The position numbers were made by a program, and so were the translations under genes. From the NCBI GenBank assembly GCA_937954085.1, contig CALGAK010000041.1, positions 4,476 to 68,475 on the forward strand: 64,000 nucleotides of DNA, written 5' to 3'. Below the pieces are notes generated by a model. The model was not told the DNA's origin. It saw only the letters and a list, made by a program, of their open reading frames with translations, and ran no database searches. The first letter of the stretch is position 1; each line of letters begins with the position of its first letter. This stretch comes from an uncultured Bacteroidota bacterium (lineage in GTDB: Bacteria > Bacteroidota > Bacteroidia > Bacteroidales > M50B96). Positions 9,437 to 20,100 of the stretch are shown in pieces.

Positions 9437-10527
9437 TCAGGCTTCGATTCGCCGTTATAGGTTTTAGGCTCTACTTTACCTTGCAGCACACGCAAGCCTG
9501 CGAATGCGAGTGCTTTGAGCTCATCTTCCCCCGGATAAACCACAATCGGGGCGATAAAGGAAACCATTTTTCCGACATATTCGACCAGGTATTTATTGTG
9601 AGCAATTCCGCCGGTGAGCAGAATCGCATCTACCTTCCCTTCTAATACAGTTGCCATGGAACCGATTTGTTTTGCAATTTGATAGCACATGGCGTCTTGC
9701 ACGGCGATAGCTTCCGGATCACCATCGATAGCCTTCATTTCCACTTCCCAGGCATCGTTTGTTCCCATGAATGCAACCATCCCTCCCTGACCTTTAATCA
9801 TGAGCTTCATTTCTTGTTTGGAATAGTTTCCACTGTAGGCCATTTCGATAAGCTGTCCGGTTGGCAGCGTTCCAGATCTTTCGGGCGAGAAAGGACCTTC
9901 TCCATCGAGTGCATTGTTGACATCGATTACCCTTCCTTTCCGATGCGCTCCAACCGAAATTCCACCACCTAGGTGAGCAATGATGAGGTTCAGATCTTCG
10001 TATTGCAAATCTTTCGATTCGGCATGCAAACGAGCAATTGCTTTTTGGTTCAGGGCATGAAAAATGGAAATTCGTTTGAATAGAGGGTGACCCGAAAATC
10101 GAGCAACTTCTTGCATCTCATCAACTACTACGGGATCGGTTATGTATGCTTTTACTCCGGGAATCTCCTTTGCCAGGTTGTCGGCAATAAGTCCTCCCAA
10201 ATTGCTGGCATGCTCCCCAAGAGGGCTGTGCACTAAATCGTGCTTCATTGCCTCGTTCACTTCGTAAACGCCGGAAGGAATGGGGTGGATAAGACCGCCG
10301 CGACCCACGATGCACGAAAGTTCCTCTAGCTTGATATCGTCCGATAATAATTCCCGAATGATGAGATTTTTCCGGAATTCAAACTGGTCGGTTATTTTCT
10401 TAAAAGGAGCAAGTTCTTCCGGGCTGTGTTTGATGTTTCGCGTAAACCGGACATGCGTATTGAAGTAAACAGCAATTTTAGTAGAAGTCGATCCGGGGTT
10501 AATTGCCAGGACTTTATACGTAGCCAT
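9433..10527 (-). CDS. buk: Butyrate kinase
   Basis: MATYKVLAINPGSTSTKIAVY..., 364 aa, ASKHA fold motifs (IAHLGGGISVGA), directly downstream of ptb. Confidence 0.9.
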   Translation of the reverse strand: MATYKVLAINPGSTSTKIAVYFNTHVRFTRNIKHSPEELAPFKKITDQFEFRKNLIIRELLSDDIKLEELSCIVGRGGLIHPIPSGVYEVNEAMKHDLVHSPLGEHASNLGGLIADNLAKEIPGVKAYITDPVVVDEMQEVARFSGHPLFKRISIFHALNQKAIARLHAESKDLQYEDLNLIIAHLGGGISVGAHRKGRVIDVNNALDGEGPFSPERSGTLPTGQLIEMAYSGNYSKQEMKLMIKGQGGMVAFMGTNDAWEVEMKAIDGDPEAIAVQDAMCYQIAKQIGSMATVLEGKVDAILLTGGIAHNKYLVEYVGKMVSFIAPIVVYPGEDELKALAFAGLRVLQGKVEPKTYNGESKPE

Positions 10528-10547
10528 AAAGGAATTTTTACAGGGTG

Positions 10548-11462
10548 TTAATGATTTTTCGCAATCATAGCAGCCAGTGCAATGGAGTAGAGTTTGGTTT
10601 GGGCTGAATCGCCTCTCGACGAGAGAATGCAGGGAGCCTTTGCTCCAGCTACAATGGCCGCAACCGATACATCCATGAGTTTGGTATTGGTTTTATAAAA
10701 TACATTCCCAGTTTCCAGGTTTGGGAAGAGGAGGCAATCGGCATTTCCGGCAACAGGACTATCAATCTTTTTAATGCGAGCCGATTCAGCATCGATGGCT
10801 AAGTCGAGGGCAAGGGGACCATCGACATAGGCTTTTTTTAATTGACCTCTATCGGCCATTTTGCTCAAGATGGCAGCATCCATCGAACTGGGTATTCGTA
10901 GCGAAACCGTCTCGGCTGCTCCGATGATGGCCAGCCTAGGTTTTTCAATTCCGAGGGCATGTGCGGTATCAATCAAGTAATTCGCAATGGCAATTTTTTC
11001 CGGCAATTCTGGAGCTGGAATTACGGCTACATCGCCCACAATAAGGAGCTTGTGGTAATTCGGATTATCAATAACCGCTACATGACTGAGGATAGACTTG
11101 GGAGCCATTAATCCCCTTTCCTTATGCAGAATGGCTCGCATGTATTTTTCGGTACTGACGAGTCCTTTCATTAAAATGTCGGCTTTCCCCTCGTTGATTA
11201 GATCCACTGCTTTCATGGCAGCAGCCTGATCGTTTGGTTCATGAACAACCTCGAAGGATTCGATGGGTATTTGATGGGACTGGCATACTTCCCGGATGCT
11301 TGGTTCGTCGCCAACCAAGCATACTTTTACCAGGTTGTTTTTAACCGCTTCGTAGCAGGCTTCGATGGTGTGAGCGTCGTTGGCATAGGCTGCCACGAGG
11401 CGCATAGGATGATTGTCGTGTTGTAATGCTGTGAGTAAATCGCTTAATCGCGTAATGGCCAT
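10548..11462 (-). CDS. ptb: Phosphate butyryltransferase
   Basis: 304-aa PTA_PTB family protein (ILMKGLVST, DGPLALDLAI, FPNLETGNVFYK). It has Ptb length and is paired with buk. Confidence 0.85.
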   Translation of the reverse strand: MAITRLSDLLTALQHDNHPMRLVAAYANDAHTIEACYEAVKNNLVKVCLVGDEPSIREVCQSHQIPIESFEVVHEPNDQAAAMKAVDLINEGKADILMKGLVSTEKYMRAILHKERGLMAPKSILSHVAVIDNPNYHKLLIVGDVAVIPAPELPEKIAIANYLIDTAHALGIEKPRLAIIGAAETVSLRIPSSMDAAILSKMADRGQLKKAYVDGPLALDLAIDAESARIKKIDSPVAGNADCLLFPNLETGNVFYKTNTKLMDVSVAAIVAGAKAPCILSSRGDSAQTKLYSIALAAMIAKNH

Positions 11463-11472
11463 AAGTGATGCT

Positions 11473-12687
11473 TTAGTTAGTTTGTACTCTTGCGCTTATA
11501 ATGCTTTGTGTGTCGTTTGCAATAACATACTCTTCGTTGGTTGGAACAACCATTAGTTTAACCGAGGATTCGGGTGTGCTCAGCATTGCCAATTGCCCCC
11601 GCAGTTTAGCATTTTTTTCGGAATCGAACTGAATACCCAGGAAAGCAAGTTGTTCCCCGATAAACTGTCGGGTTGCCGGGTCATTTTCTCCAATTCCGCC
11701 GGTAAAAATAATCAAATCGACTCCACCCAGCACCGCGATATAGGATCCAATGTATTTGAGCAATCGGTAACGGAACATATCGAGAGCAAGTGCTGCTCGT
11801 TTGTGTCCTTCTTCTGCAGCGGTCTCGATTTCGCGCATATCCGACGACACACCCGACACTCCCAGCATACCGGAGTGTTTGTTTACGATGGTATTCGCAA
11901 TGTGCCCGCTAACTTGTTCCTTTTCCATAATGAAGGTAAGAATCCCCAGGTCGAGGTCGCCAGCCCGGGTTCCCATGATAAGCCCTTCTACCGGAGTTAG
12001 ACCCATGGATGTGTCGACGCTTTTTCCATTTTTTATGGCAGCAACGGAAGCACCATTTCCCAAGTGGCAGGTAATGATTCTTTGCTGATTGAAATCGATA
12101 CCCAATTCGTTACACGCTGTTTGAGCTACAAATTTGTGGCTGGTCCCATGGAATCCATAGCGACGAATACCATATTTTTCATACAAAGAGTAGGGAATAG
12201 CATACATGTAGGCGTAATCCGGGATGGATTGATGAAAGGCCGTGTCGAAAACGGCTACCTGAGGCGTGTCGGGTAGCAATTGTTCCATGGCTGTAATCCC
12301 TTTTAAATTAGCCGGATTATGAAGCGGTGCAAGCTGAATGCAGTTTTCAATTTCAGTTTTAACATAGGAGTCGATAAACTGACTTTCGCTAAACTGTTCT
12401 CCGCCATGCGCCACACGATGGCCAACGGCATCAATCTCGTTAAGCGATTTTAGGCAACCGTATTTTTCGCTGGTCAATACCCCCAGGATGTACTCAATTC
12501 CATCTTGGTGGCTTAAAATTTCTCCTTCGAGTTTGACTTTATCTCCCTGTGGGGCATTGAATTTTAGAAAGGACCCTTTGAGTCCGATTTTTTCAACAAT
12601 TCCTTTAGCAAGAATGCTTTCGTCGGTCATGTTGAAGAGCTGATACTTTATGGATGAACTACCACAATTTAAAACTAGAATTTTCAT
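11473..12687 (-). CDS. ackA: Acetate kinase
   Basis: MKILVLNCGSSSIKYQLF..., HRVAHGG, GFHGTSH and TGGIGEN. The start is trimmed to the ATG at 12687. The tracked start at 12774 overlaps the hbd-like gene. Confidence 0.93.
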   Translation of the reverse strand: MKILVLNCGSSSIKYQLFNMTDESILAKGIVEKIGLKGSFLKFNAPQGDKVKLEGEILSHQDGIEYILGVLTSEKYGCLKSLNEIDAVGHRVAHGGEQFSESQFIDSYVKTEIENCIQLAPLHNPANLKGITAMEQLLPDTPQVAVFDTAFHQSIPDYAYMYAIPYSLYEKYGIRRYGFHGTSHKFVAQTACNELGIDFNQQRIITCHLGNGASVAAIKNGKSVDTSMGLTPVEGLIMGTRAGDLDLGILTFIMEKEQVSGHIANTIVNKHSGMLGVSGVSSDMREIETAAEEGHKRAALALDMFRYRLLKYIGSYIAVLGGVDLIIFTGGIGENDPATRQFIGEQLAFLGIQFDSEKNAKLRGQLAMLSTPESSVKLMVVPTNEEYVIANDTQSIISARVQTN

Positions 12688-12752
12688 ATGGTTTAACTTC
12701 TTGAATCGTTTGGAAAAAAGCTGGCTCCGGGTGTAGGTGCCAATAATGGTGA

Positions 12753-13727
12753 TTAATTGTTGATTTCGGCGCAAGTAACCGTTTGTTCGGTGGCCTTACC
12801 GTTCTCGTACTTATAAAACCCAATGCTGGTCATTTGTCCAAGGTGATTGGCTCTTACAAGTCGTTTGATAATGGGCGATGGCTTATATTTCAATTCGCCA
12901 AATTCTTCGTAGAGGTTGTTCATCCAACGTAATAATTTGTCGAGCCCAATTCGGTCGGCCATTTCAAATGGACCAAATTGATTGCCTGAGGCTTGTTTCA
13001 TGGTAATGTCGATGTCTCTCACGCTGGCAACTCCTTCCATCAGGATGTTGCAGGCTTCGTTAATGTATGGGCATACCATCCGAGTGTGAATATTTCCGGG
13101 CGATTCGTTTACTCGAATTACTTTTTTGCGAAGCATGCCGGCAAATTTGATCACGAAATCGTACGCATCGTCGGAGGTTTGGAAACCCTTTACTACTTCG
13201 ACGATGTTGGTGCTATCGACCGGATTGAGGAAATGAAGTCCCAGTGCCCGATCGGGGTGTTGAAGCACCATTGCCAAGTCGGAGATCATAAGAGTCGCTG
13301 TATTGGAGCATATAACGGCATCGGGTCTAACGACCGATTCTACCTTTTTAAAGACATCTTGTCGAGCTTCTTTCGAGGTTCCTAACTTCTTAGTATTGAT
13401 TGCCTCAATGATTAAATCGCAGTCGGAAATGTCGCTGTAATCCAAACTCCCTTTTATTCTTTGGAGGATTCCTCTCTTTTCACTTTCTGTGAGTCCCCAG
13501 CGGTTAATCATGTTATCGAGTACTAGCTCCATGGCTTCGAGTGCTTCACGAATTTTGCGTTCATCCAAGTCGATAAAAACGACGTCGATACCGTTTTTGC
13601 TTACTTCGAGCGTGATTTCTTGTCCCATGGTACCGCAACCGATAATGCCTACCTTTGATAAGGATCCTTTATGTTTTTTCCCTTTACTAAGTCCAAATCC
13701 TTCGATGGATTCTACTATTTCTGCCAT
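12753..13727 (-). CDS. 3-hydroxyacyl/3-hydroxybutyryl-CoA dehydrogenase family protein
   Basis: Rossmann motif VGIIGCGTMGQEI, HFLNPV and a C-terminal 3HCDH dimerisation region (DIDITMKQASGNQFGPFEMADRIGLD). Confidence 0.8.
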   Translation of the reverse strand: MAEIVESIEGFGLSKGKKHKGSLSKVGIIGCGTMGQEITLEVSKNGIDVVFIDLDERKIREALEAMELVLDNMINRWGLTESEKRGILQRIKGSLDYSDISDCDLIIEAINTKKLGTSKEARQDVFKKVESVVRPDAVICSNTATLMISDLAMVLQHPDRALGLHFLNPVDSTNIVEVVKGFQTSDDAYDFVIKFAGMLRKKVIRVNESPGNIHTRMVCPYINEACNILMEGVASVRDIDITMKQASGNQFGPFEMADRIGLDKLLRWMNNLYEEFGELKYKPSPIIKRLVRANHLGQMTSIGFYKYENGKATEQTVTCAEINN

Positions 13728-13750
13728 TCGTTTGAATATTTTAAGTTGAT

Positions 13751-14752
13751 TTATTTTTCAGCTGCCTGATTGGCGGTAATGGCCACCAGGTTTACAATGT
13801 CGCTAACGGAGCAACCTCTCGACAGGTCGTTGATGGGAGCTGCCATTCCTTGTAGCACGGGTCCGATGGCTTGTGCTCCGGCTAATCGCTCTACTAATTT
13901 GTAAGCGATATTGCCGGTTTCAAGTGTTGGGAATACCAAAACGTTGGCTATTCCGGCAATTTCTGAATTGGGTGCTTTTTTCTTTCCAATACTAGCAATT
14001 ATAGCCGCATCGGCCTGAAGTTCACCGTCAATTTTCATATCGGGAGCCATGGCCTGAGCTAATCGAGTTGCCTCGACCACTTTATCGACCATTTCGTGTT
14101 TTGCGCTTCCTTTGGTAGAAAAGCTCAACATGGCAATGCGGGGTTCAAATCCTGCAATAGCTCGGGTGGTTTTGCCGGTCATGACAGCGATTTCTGCCAA
14201 TTCGGAGGCCGTAGGGTTCGGGTGCACGGCGCAATCGGCAAAAACGAGGATTCCATCTTCCCCAAATTCTGCCTGATTTAACATCATGATGAAGGCTCCG
14301 GAAACAACCGATATACCGGGTAAGGTCTTAACATATTGAAAAGCAGGTCGCAATACATCGCCGGTTGCATTATCGGCTCCGGCCACTTCGCCATCGGAGT
14401 CGCCCGCTTTAATCATTAAACACGCGTAATATAAAGGATCTTTAAGTTGTTCCACAGCCGCCTCATAGGTCATCCCTTTGTTTTTTCGGATTTCGACCAT
14501 GAGTTGGGCATATGCATCGATTTTATCGGTATTACTCATGTCTATTAACTCGGCATGGGCAATGTGTTTTAGTCCGAGCAACTCAGCTTTTTGTAAAATC
14601 TGCTTTGGATCTCCAATTAGCTGAATTCTTGCTACTTGTTCGCTGAGTAAGATGTCGGCTGCTTGAAGAGTTCTTTCTTCCATCGATTCCGGTAAAACAA
14701 TTCGTTGTGGATTTTGCCGGGCTTTTTCTTTAATAGACTGAAGTAAATGCAT
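13751..14752 (-). CDS. pta: Phosphate acetyltransferase (short form)
   Basis: RIVLPESMEERTLQAA, SFSTKGSAKHE, DGELQADAA and FPTLETGNIAYK. The start is trimmed to the ATG at 14752, downstream of a -7 box. Confidence 0.88.
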   Translation of the reverse strand: MHLLQSIKEKARQNPQRIVLPESMEERTLQAADILLSEQVARIQLIGDPKQILQKAELLGLKHIAHAELIDMSNTDKIDAYAQLMVEIRKNKGMTYEAAVEQLKDPLYYACLMIKAGDSDGEVAGADNATGDVLRPAFQYVKTLPGISVVSGAFIMMLNQAEFGEDGILVFADCAVHPNPTASELAEIAVMTGKTTRAIAGFEPRIAMLSFSTKGSAKHEMVDKVVEATRLAQAMAPDMKIDGELQADAAIIASIGKKKAPNSEIAGIANVLVFPTLETGNIAYKLVERLAGAQAIGPVLQGMAAPINDLSRGCSVSDIVNLVAITANQAAEK

Positions 14753-14791
14753 AAGAAACAATATTTTAAGTTGATTTTTTTCAATTCTCTG

Positions 14792-14799
14792 CAAAAGTA
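14792..14799 (-). promoter_or_regulatory. -7 promoter box (TAnnTTTG) upstream of pta (candidate operon promoter)
   Basis: The minus strand reads TACTTTTG, 39 nt upstream of the ATG at 14752. It overlaps the longer tracked ORF start, which supports trimming. Confidence 0.45.
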
Positions 14800-14961
14800 A
14801 TGGAATCGAAGCCGAAAAAAGATGTTACACAACGCTTTCGAACACCTTGAATCGCTGTTTAATAGCATAAGGTGGAGTCGGTCTAATTAAGACCATATTG
14901 TCTGTTAACTTTCGTAAATTGCGGCGCTGTTAAAGCTCAACAGAATAATGTGATTTTTACC

Positions 14962-16206
14962 ATGAATAAAGTGAAAAGAAAAACCTGGGAGCATCCCTGG
15001 TCGTACAAAGAAAGCTTCGTGATTGCTTTTGCTGTTATGTTGCTTGGTTTCCTCATCGAGTTTATTAGCGGAGGGAGCGGTGTATCGGCTCCATCGTGGC
15101 CCAATAATCTCTATCTCCTCCTGGGTATCCTCAATTTTAATGTCATTGCATACGTATTGTACAAGGATCATCCGATAGTGAAATGGATGGGACGCGTGCC
15201 AGCAGCAGTGAGTGCCATTAGCATATTTACAGTGCTCATTCTCATGATGGGATTCACCCTTCAGGAAGATGCCGCCGCCTCGGACTTAGTGCGCCGCCTC
15301 GGATTATCGCATGTTACGCGCAGTTGGCCCTATTTGTTGGTAGTCCTTTACTTTTTGTTAACGCTGGGCTTTGTTACCCTCCGAAAAGTTCTCCCTTGGA
15401 AGAATAAGAATATCGGCTTTTTATTGAATCATCTGGGGCTTTGGATCATTATTGTGGGAGGTATATTAGGCTCTGGCGATTTGATGCGTTTGCGAATGAG
15501 TTTAAACGAAGGCAAAACAACCGACGTCGCTACCGATTATCGAGGTCAGGCTTACGAAATGCCTTTTGCTATTCATTTGAATGATTTCATGATAGATGAA
15601 TATCCTCCTAAAGTGGGAATCATTGATAAGAACTTGGGAGCTTTAGCTGGCGAGGAGCATAAATCCTTCTTCGAAGCAGCCGAAGGTTACGTAGGTGAAA
15701 TAGGCAATCTGCAATTCGAAGTCCTTCGGTTTTACCCGGAGAGTATGCGACAGGGAGATGTTTTTCAGGAGTTTAAAGGAGAGGGTAGTGCCCCTGCTGC
15801 GGAGATACGCTTATTTAACAAACAAAATCAAACCCTAAAAACCGGCTGGATTTGCTCAGGAAATGCCTTTCAGAAAGCTGAATATTTCGATTTCGACGAG
15901 CAATTTGCACTGATGATGCTTCAACCGGTTGCCAAAGAGTATAGTTCCAATATCAAACTGATTACCGACGAAGGAGCAGAAGAATTCGATTTGTTAGTCA
16001 ATGTGCCGGTACGGCGAATGGGTTACACCATCTATCAGGTAGGCTACGACGAACGATTCGGACGTCATTCTACCCTAAGTGTACTTGAAATTGTGCGCGA
16101 TCCCTGGCTGCCTTTGGTTTACCTGGGTATTTTTATGGTTATAGCCGGTTCGCTGTATATTTTCTGGATCGGACGAAAAGAAAAAATTAACACGGAAAAC
16201 GAATAA
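14962..16206 (+). CDS. ccsB: System II cytochrome c biogenesis protein, ResB/CcsB-like
   Basis: Multiple N-terminal TM helices with LLNHLGLWIIIVGG (conserved TM histidine), a large soluble loop and a C-terminal TM. It is followed after 2 nt by ccsA. The ATG at 14962 is preferred over the GTG at 14950. Confidence 0.6.
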   Translation: MNKVKRKTWEHPWSYKESFVIAFAVMLLGFLIEFISGGSGVSAPSWPNNLYLLLGILNFNVIAYVLYKDHPIVKWMGRVPAAVSAISIFTVLILMMGFTLQEDAAASDLVRRLGLSHVTRSWPYLLVVLYFLLTLGFVTLRKVLPWKNKNIGFLLNHLGLWIIIVGGILGSGDLMRLRMSLNEGKTTDVATDYRGQAYEMPFAIHLNDFMIDEYPPKVGIIDKNLGALAGEEHKSFFEAAEGYVGEIGNLQFEVLRFYPESMRQGDVFQEFKGEGSAPAAEIRLFNKQNQTLKTGWICSGNAFQKAEYFDFDEQFALMMLQPVAKEYSSNIKLITDEGAEEFDLLVNVPVRRMGYTIYQVGYDERFGRHSTLSVLEIVRDPWLPLVYLGIFMVIAGSLYIFWIGRKEKINTENE

Positions 16207-16208
16207 TT

Positions 16209-17012
16209 ATGGTCTGGTTAAATTTCCCAACCTATGCGCTCATCATTTTCCTATTATGGTTAGTGGGCATCCTATTTTTTACCCTTGGATTTTGGAAACC
16301 AAAATCGAATGTATGGGGGCTCATTGCCACCTATGCAGGAGTAGCTCTTTTGTCGTATTTTATAACCCTTTTGTGGGTTAAGTTGGAGCGTCCGCCCATG
16401 CGTACCCTCGGTGAAACCCGATTGTGGTATTCTGCTTTGCTGCCCTTAGTTGGTGCGATTGTGTATCATCGTTGGAAGTACGGTTGGTTCGCCATTTTTA
16501 GTCTTTTCATGGCCATCTTATTCTTGTCGTTCAACTACTTCAAACCCGAAATACACGACAAGGCCTTAATGCCTGCATTGCAATCGCCTTGGTTTGTGCC
16601 GCATGTTATCGTTTACATTATCAGTTATGTGGTTTTAGGAGCCTCTTCGCTAATTGCCGTTTACGGCCTTTATTTGAATTACTTCAAGACTCGCCCGGAA
16701 ATGCGAATTCTGCACTTAGCCGATAATCTGGTTTACATCGGATTCAGTTTTCTAACGCTGGGTTTATTGTTCGGAGCCTTATGGGCTAAAGAAGCTTGGG
16801 GGCATTACTGGACTTGGGATCCTAAAGAAACCTGGGCTTTCCTAACTTGGATGGGATACCTTATTTACATGCATTATCGTTACCATCGTCCTAAAGTATT
16901 CATGGGCCCCATTTGGACCCTGAGTTTATCTTTTGTGGTGTTACTTATCGCTTGGTTTGGAGTGAATTACTTGCCATCCGCTTCGAACTCTGTTCACGTT
17001 TACGGTGGTTAA
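16209..17012 (+). CDS. ccsA: Cytochrome c biogenesis protein CcsA/ResC (haem lyase subunit)
   Basis: Trp-rich WWD motif WAKEAWGHYWTWDPKETWAFLTW within a polytopic membrane protein. Confidence 0.85.
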   Translation: MVWLNFPTYALIIFLLWLVGILFFTLGFWKPKSNVWGLIATYAGVALLSYFITLLWVKLERPPMRTLGETRLWYSALLPLVGAIVYHRWKYGWFAIFSLFMAILFLSFNYFKPEIHDKALMPALQSPWFVPHVIVYIISYVVLGASSLIAVYGLYLNYFKTRPEMRILHLADNLVYIGFSFLTLGLLFGALWAKEAWGHYWTWDPKETWAFLTWMGYLIYMHYRYHRPKVFMGPIWTLSLSFVVLLIAWFGVNYLPSASNSVHVYGG

Positions 17013-17030
17013 AGAACCTATTTGGCAATG

Positions 17031-17061
17031 AAAAACCTCAATCCTTGGATTGAGGTTTTTT
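17031..17061 (+). terminator. Intrinsic terminator after ccsA
   Basis: aaaaacctcaatc cttg gattgaggttttt forms a 13-bp stem with a 4-nt loop, followed by a T-run. It lies 19 nt after the ccsA stop. Confidence 0.6.
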
Positions 17062-17190
17062 GTTTGAGCGCATCTCACACATGGGATAAGGTGAAATATT
17101 CGGTCAGTTTGTGAGTTTTAGCGAAAGCATCGTACTTTTAGACAAATTTTTACGGCCATTAAACGACTTCGGAAAATAGTACTCTATGTT

Positions 17191-20100
17191 TTGCTCAGCC
17201 TGATTGCAATACCCTTATTGCTATCTGGCCTGTTGCAAATTCCCTATGTCCAAACGAAAGTGGTCAACTATATTTCCGGGCAAGTTGCCGAGGAATTGCA
17301 GGTCGACGTTCGGGTAGGACACGTAGCCCTTCGTTTTCTCAATACACTCACCCTCGAAGAGGTTTTTGTGTCGGATCAGCAAGGCGATACCTTATTTTTC
17401 ATTGGTGAACTTGATGCCGGCATTGGAATGATTCGGCGGGATGAAAAGTCGATTCACCTGACAAAAGTGAAGATGACGGAGTTTTTTATGCACCTAAATA
17501 AAGAGGCCGATGGATACAGCAATCTGAGATTTTTGGTGCAATACCTCAAAAAAGACAGCGCATCTGCCACCCAAGATAAATGGAAGATTTTTGCAGATGA
17601 AGTAGCTACAGAGGATTCTCGCGTTTATATTACCCGATTCGATGCTGAGCCCAAACGCTTCGGCGTTAACTATTTCGATTTGCGCTTCACCGATTTGAAT
17701 ATTTATGCCCATGATTTTTCACTCGTTTCCGACTCCATTCAGGCCACTTTCAATCAGCTATCCTTCCGCGAAGCATCCGGCCTAACCATGAAGCAAATTA
17801 CCGGTGAATTGTTGGTGCATCCGCAGGTTCTCAGCCTCGAGAATACACGTTTGCAACTTGCTGAATCGAACTTGGAATTGAAAAGCCTACGGTTCGATTA
17901 TGCGGATTATGATGGTTTGTCCGATTTTGTTGAACAGGTTCAAATGGAAATCAATCTGCAAAATGCTCAAATCTTTTTATCGGAACTAGCCCTATTTGCT
18001 CCCAGTCTCGAAGGGATGAAGGATGAGCTTTCCATCGATGCCTATGTAACGGGCAAAGTGGGTAGTTTGAATTGCCAATACGTCGATTTGGCCTATGGTG
18101 ATGAGACTCGTTTTAAGGGAGATATTCAGTTTATGGGCTTGCCGGAAGTGGAAGAGACCTTTATTCATGCCGATATTGAAACATTTCGAACGTATTCCGC
18201 CGATGTCGAAAGTTTGCGCCTACCCGATTTAGCCGGGGAATCGTATGTGCAGATTCCAGCGCTGGTGAAAGACTTGGGCGTATTTACGTATCGAGGTTAT
18301 TTTACCGGTTTTGTAGCTGATTTTGTCGCCTTTGGCGAGTTGAAAAGCGATGCCGGAACCTTGCTAAGCGATATCAAGCTCAGCGAGAATCCGCTAACCC
18401 AAACCTTGCAATACACGGGTAGGATAGCAACGGAGCACTATCAGCTTTCGAAAGTATTCCCTACGCTATCGTCGCTTGGACATGTAAACCTGGACCTGAA
18501 GCTATCTGGTTACCGAACGGGCAATCGCTTTTCAACCACGACCATGGAGGGTACGGTGCAGGAAATATCTTTCAATAATCAAATCATCCGAGGATTTGAG
18601 TTGCGAGGGAAGCAAGAAAACAAGCGCTTTGACGGATTCGTGCAGGTAGATGATGAGCATTTGTCGCTTGAGTTTTCAGGAATTATCGATTTTTCGGATG
18701 AAGTTCCGTTTTTCTCTTTTTCCGCTCTGGTCGATACCTTTAATTTAGCTGCTCTTGGACTCACTCCTTCCGACAGTATTGCCACTTTTAGTGCCGATAT
18801 TCAAACCAATTTCCGAGCGAGCACGCTCGACGACTTGGAAGGAGAAATCCTCTTGTGGGATGTTGCCTATAATCGGAATGGGAATCCCGTTCAAATGGAT
18901 AATTTCGCGCTGTTTGCCAACCGAATAGCGGGAAATAGTTACTTGAGCCTGCAATCGTCCTTACTCGATTTGCAAATAGATGGTCAGTATCTGTTCAAAG
19001 ATATTCCGCGCTTAATGACACAATATTTAAGTTATTATTTCCCGAGTTCTGGAATAGCCTATGAACCGGTTGAGGAAGAACATGATTTTACTTACTCCTT
19101 GGAAGTGAAATCGAGCGATTCACTTTTGCGAGCTTTTCTTCCTTCCCTTCGTTTGCCAGAAGGAGGAACGTTTTTTGGAAGCATGAATTCATCAACACCC
19201 ACTTTTGAATTGATGTTTGATGTTCCGATTTTTCGATTCAATACTACTGAAGTGAAGCACGCGAATGCAAGCATAATCGCTGATTTTGAGGAATTGCGAT
19301 TTGATTGGAATGCTGAAAAGATTACTGTTTCGGAATCTTTTTTTCTCGATAGCCTAACCTTCGTTTCGACCAGCAAGTCGGATACCTCCTTGTTTAGTTT
19401 GCAATGGAAAAACCGAACCACACAAAATAATCAGGGGAATATCAACGCCTTGTTATATATAGAAGACCGTTCACCTGCCAGTCCAAGGTTTTTTCTCGAC
19501 TTACTTTCCTCCGAACTTGTCGTTGCCGATTCGGTATGGTCTATTGAACCGGGTAGTGCACAATTTGGCAGCGATGGCTTGCTCCTCGATTCATTTAATG
19601 CGCTGCATAACGACCAGTCGATAAGCTTGAGAGGTGGCTTGAACAGGCAAGAAACGGATACATTTTTGGTGCAACTGTCGAATATTGAATTAGCCGATTT
19701 CTCTCCCTTAACTCGCAACTGGACGCTCGATCCGGCCGGATTAATCAATGGAACAGCGAGTATTCTTACCGGGCCAGAGGGTTCATTATTCTTTGCCGAC
19801 TTACAAGTGGATTCATTCATCCTGAATGAACATCACCATGGCGATTTATTCCTTTCCAGCGTGTGGAACGATTCCTTAAAGCTGGTCGAAGTCGATTCAC
19901 GGATTCAATCGGGAAAACTTACACCGATGCGTGTGAATGGAACGGTTCAACCAAATGGAGGAATGCTCGATTTATCGATTACCTTGGATAAGATGAACCT
20001 GAAAGCAGCTGAGCCTTGGTTGACCGGTATTTTTTCCGACATGAACGGATTAATCAGTAATCGATTGAAATTAACCGGACCAGCCTCTCAACCTCAATTG

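Noticed and set aside
12688-12774. N-terminal extensions in the ORF track for ackA (12774), pta (14794), rplY (1874), engB (4484), the nitroreductase (40506), the TonB receptor (5807) and the MarR gene (5607)
   Set aside because: The extensions are non-conserved, use GTG/TTG or run through promoter boxes, a terminator hairpin or the upstream gene. The conserved family N-termini begin at internal ATGs.
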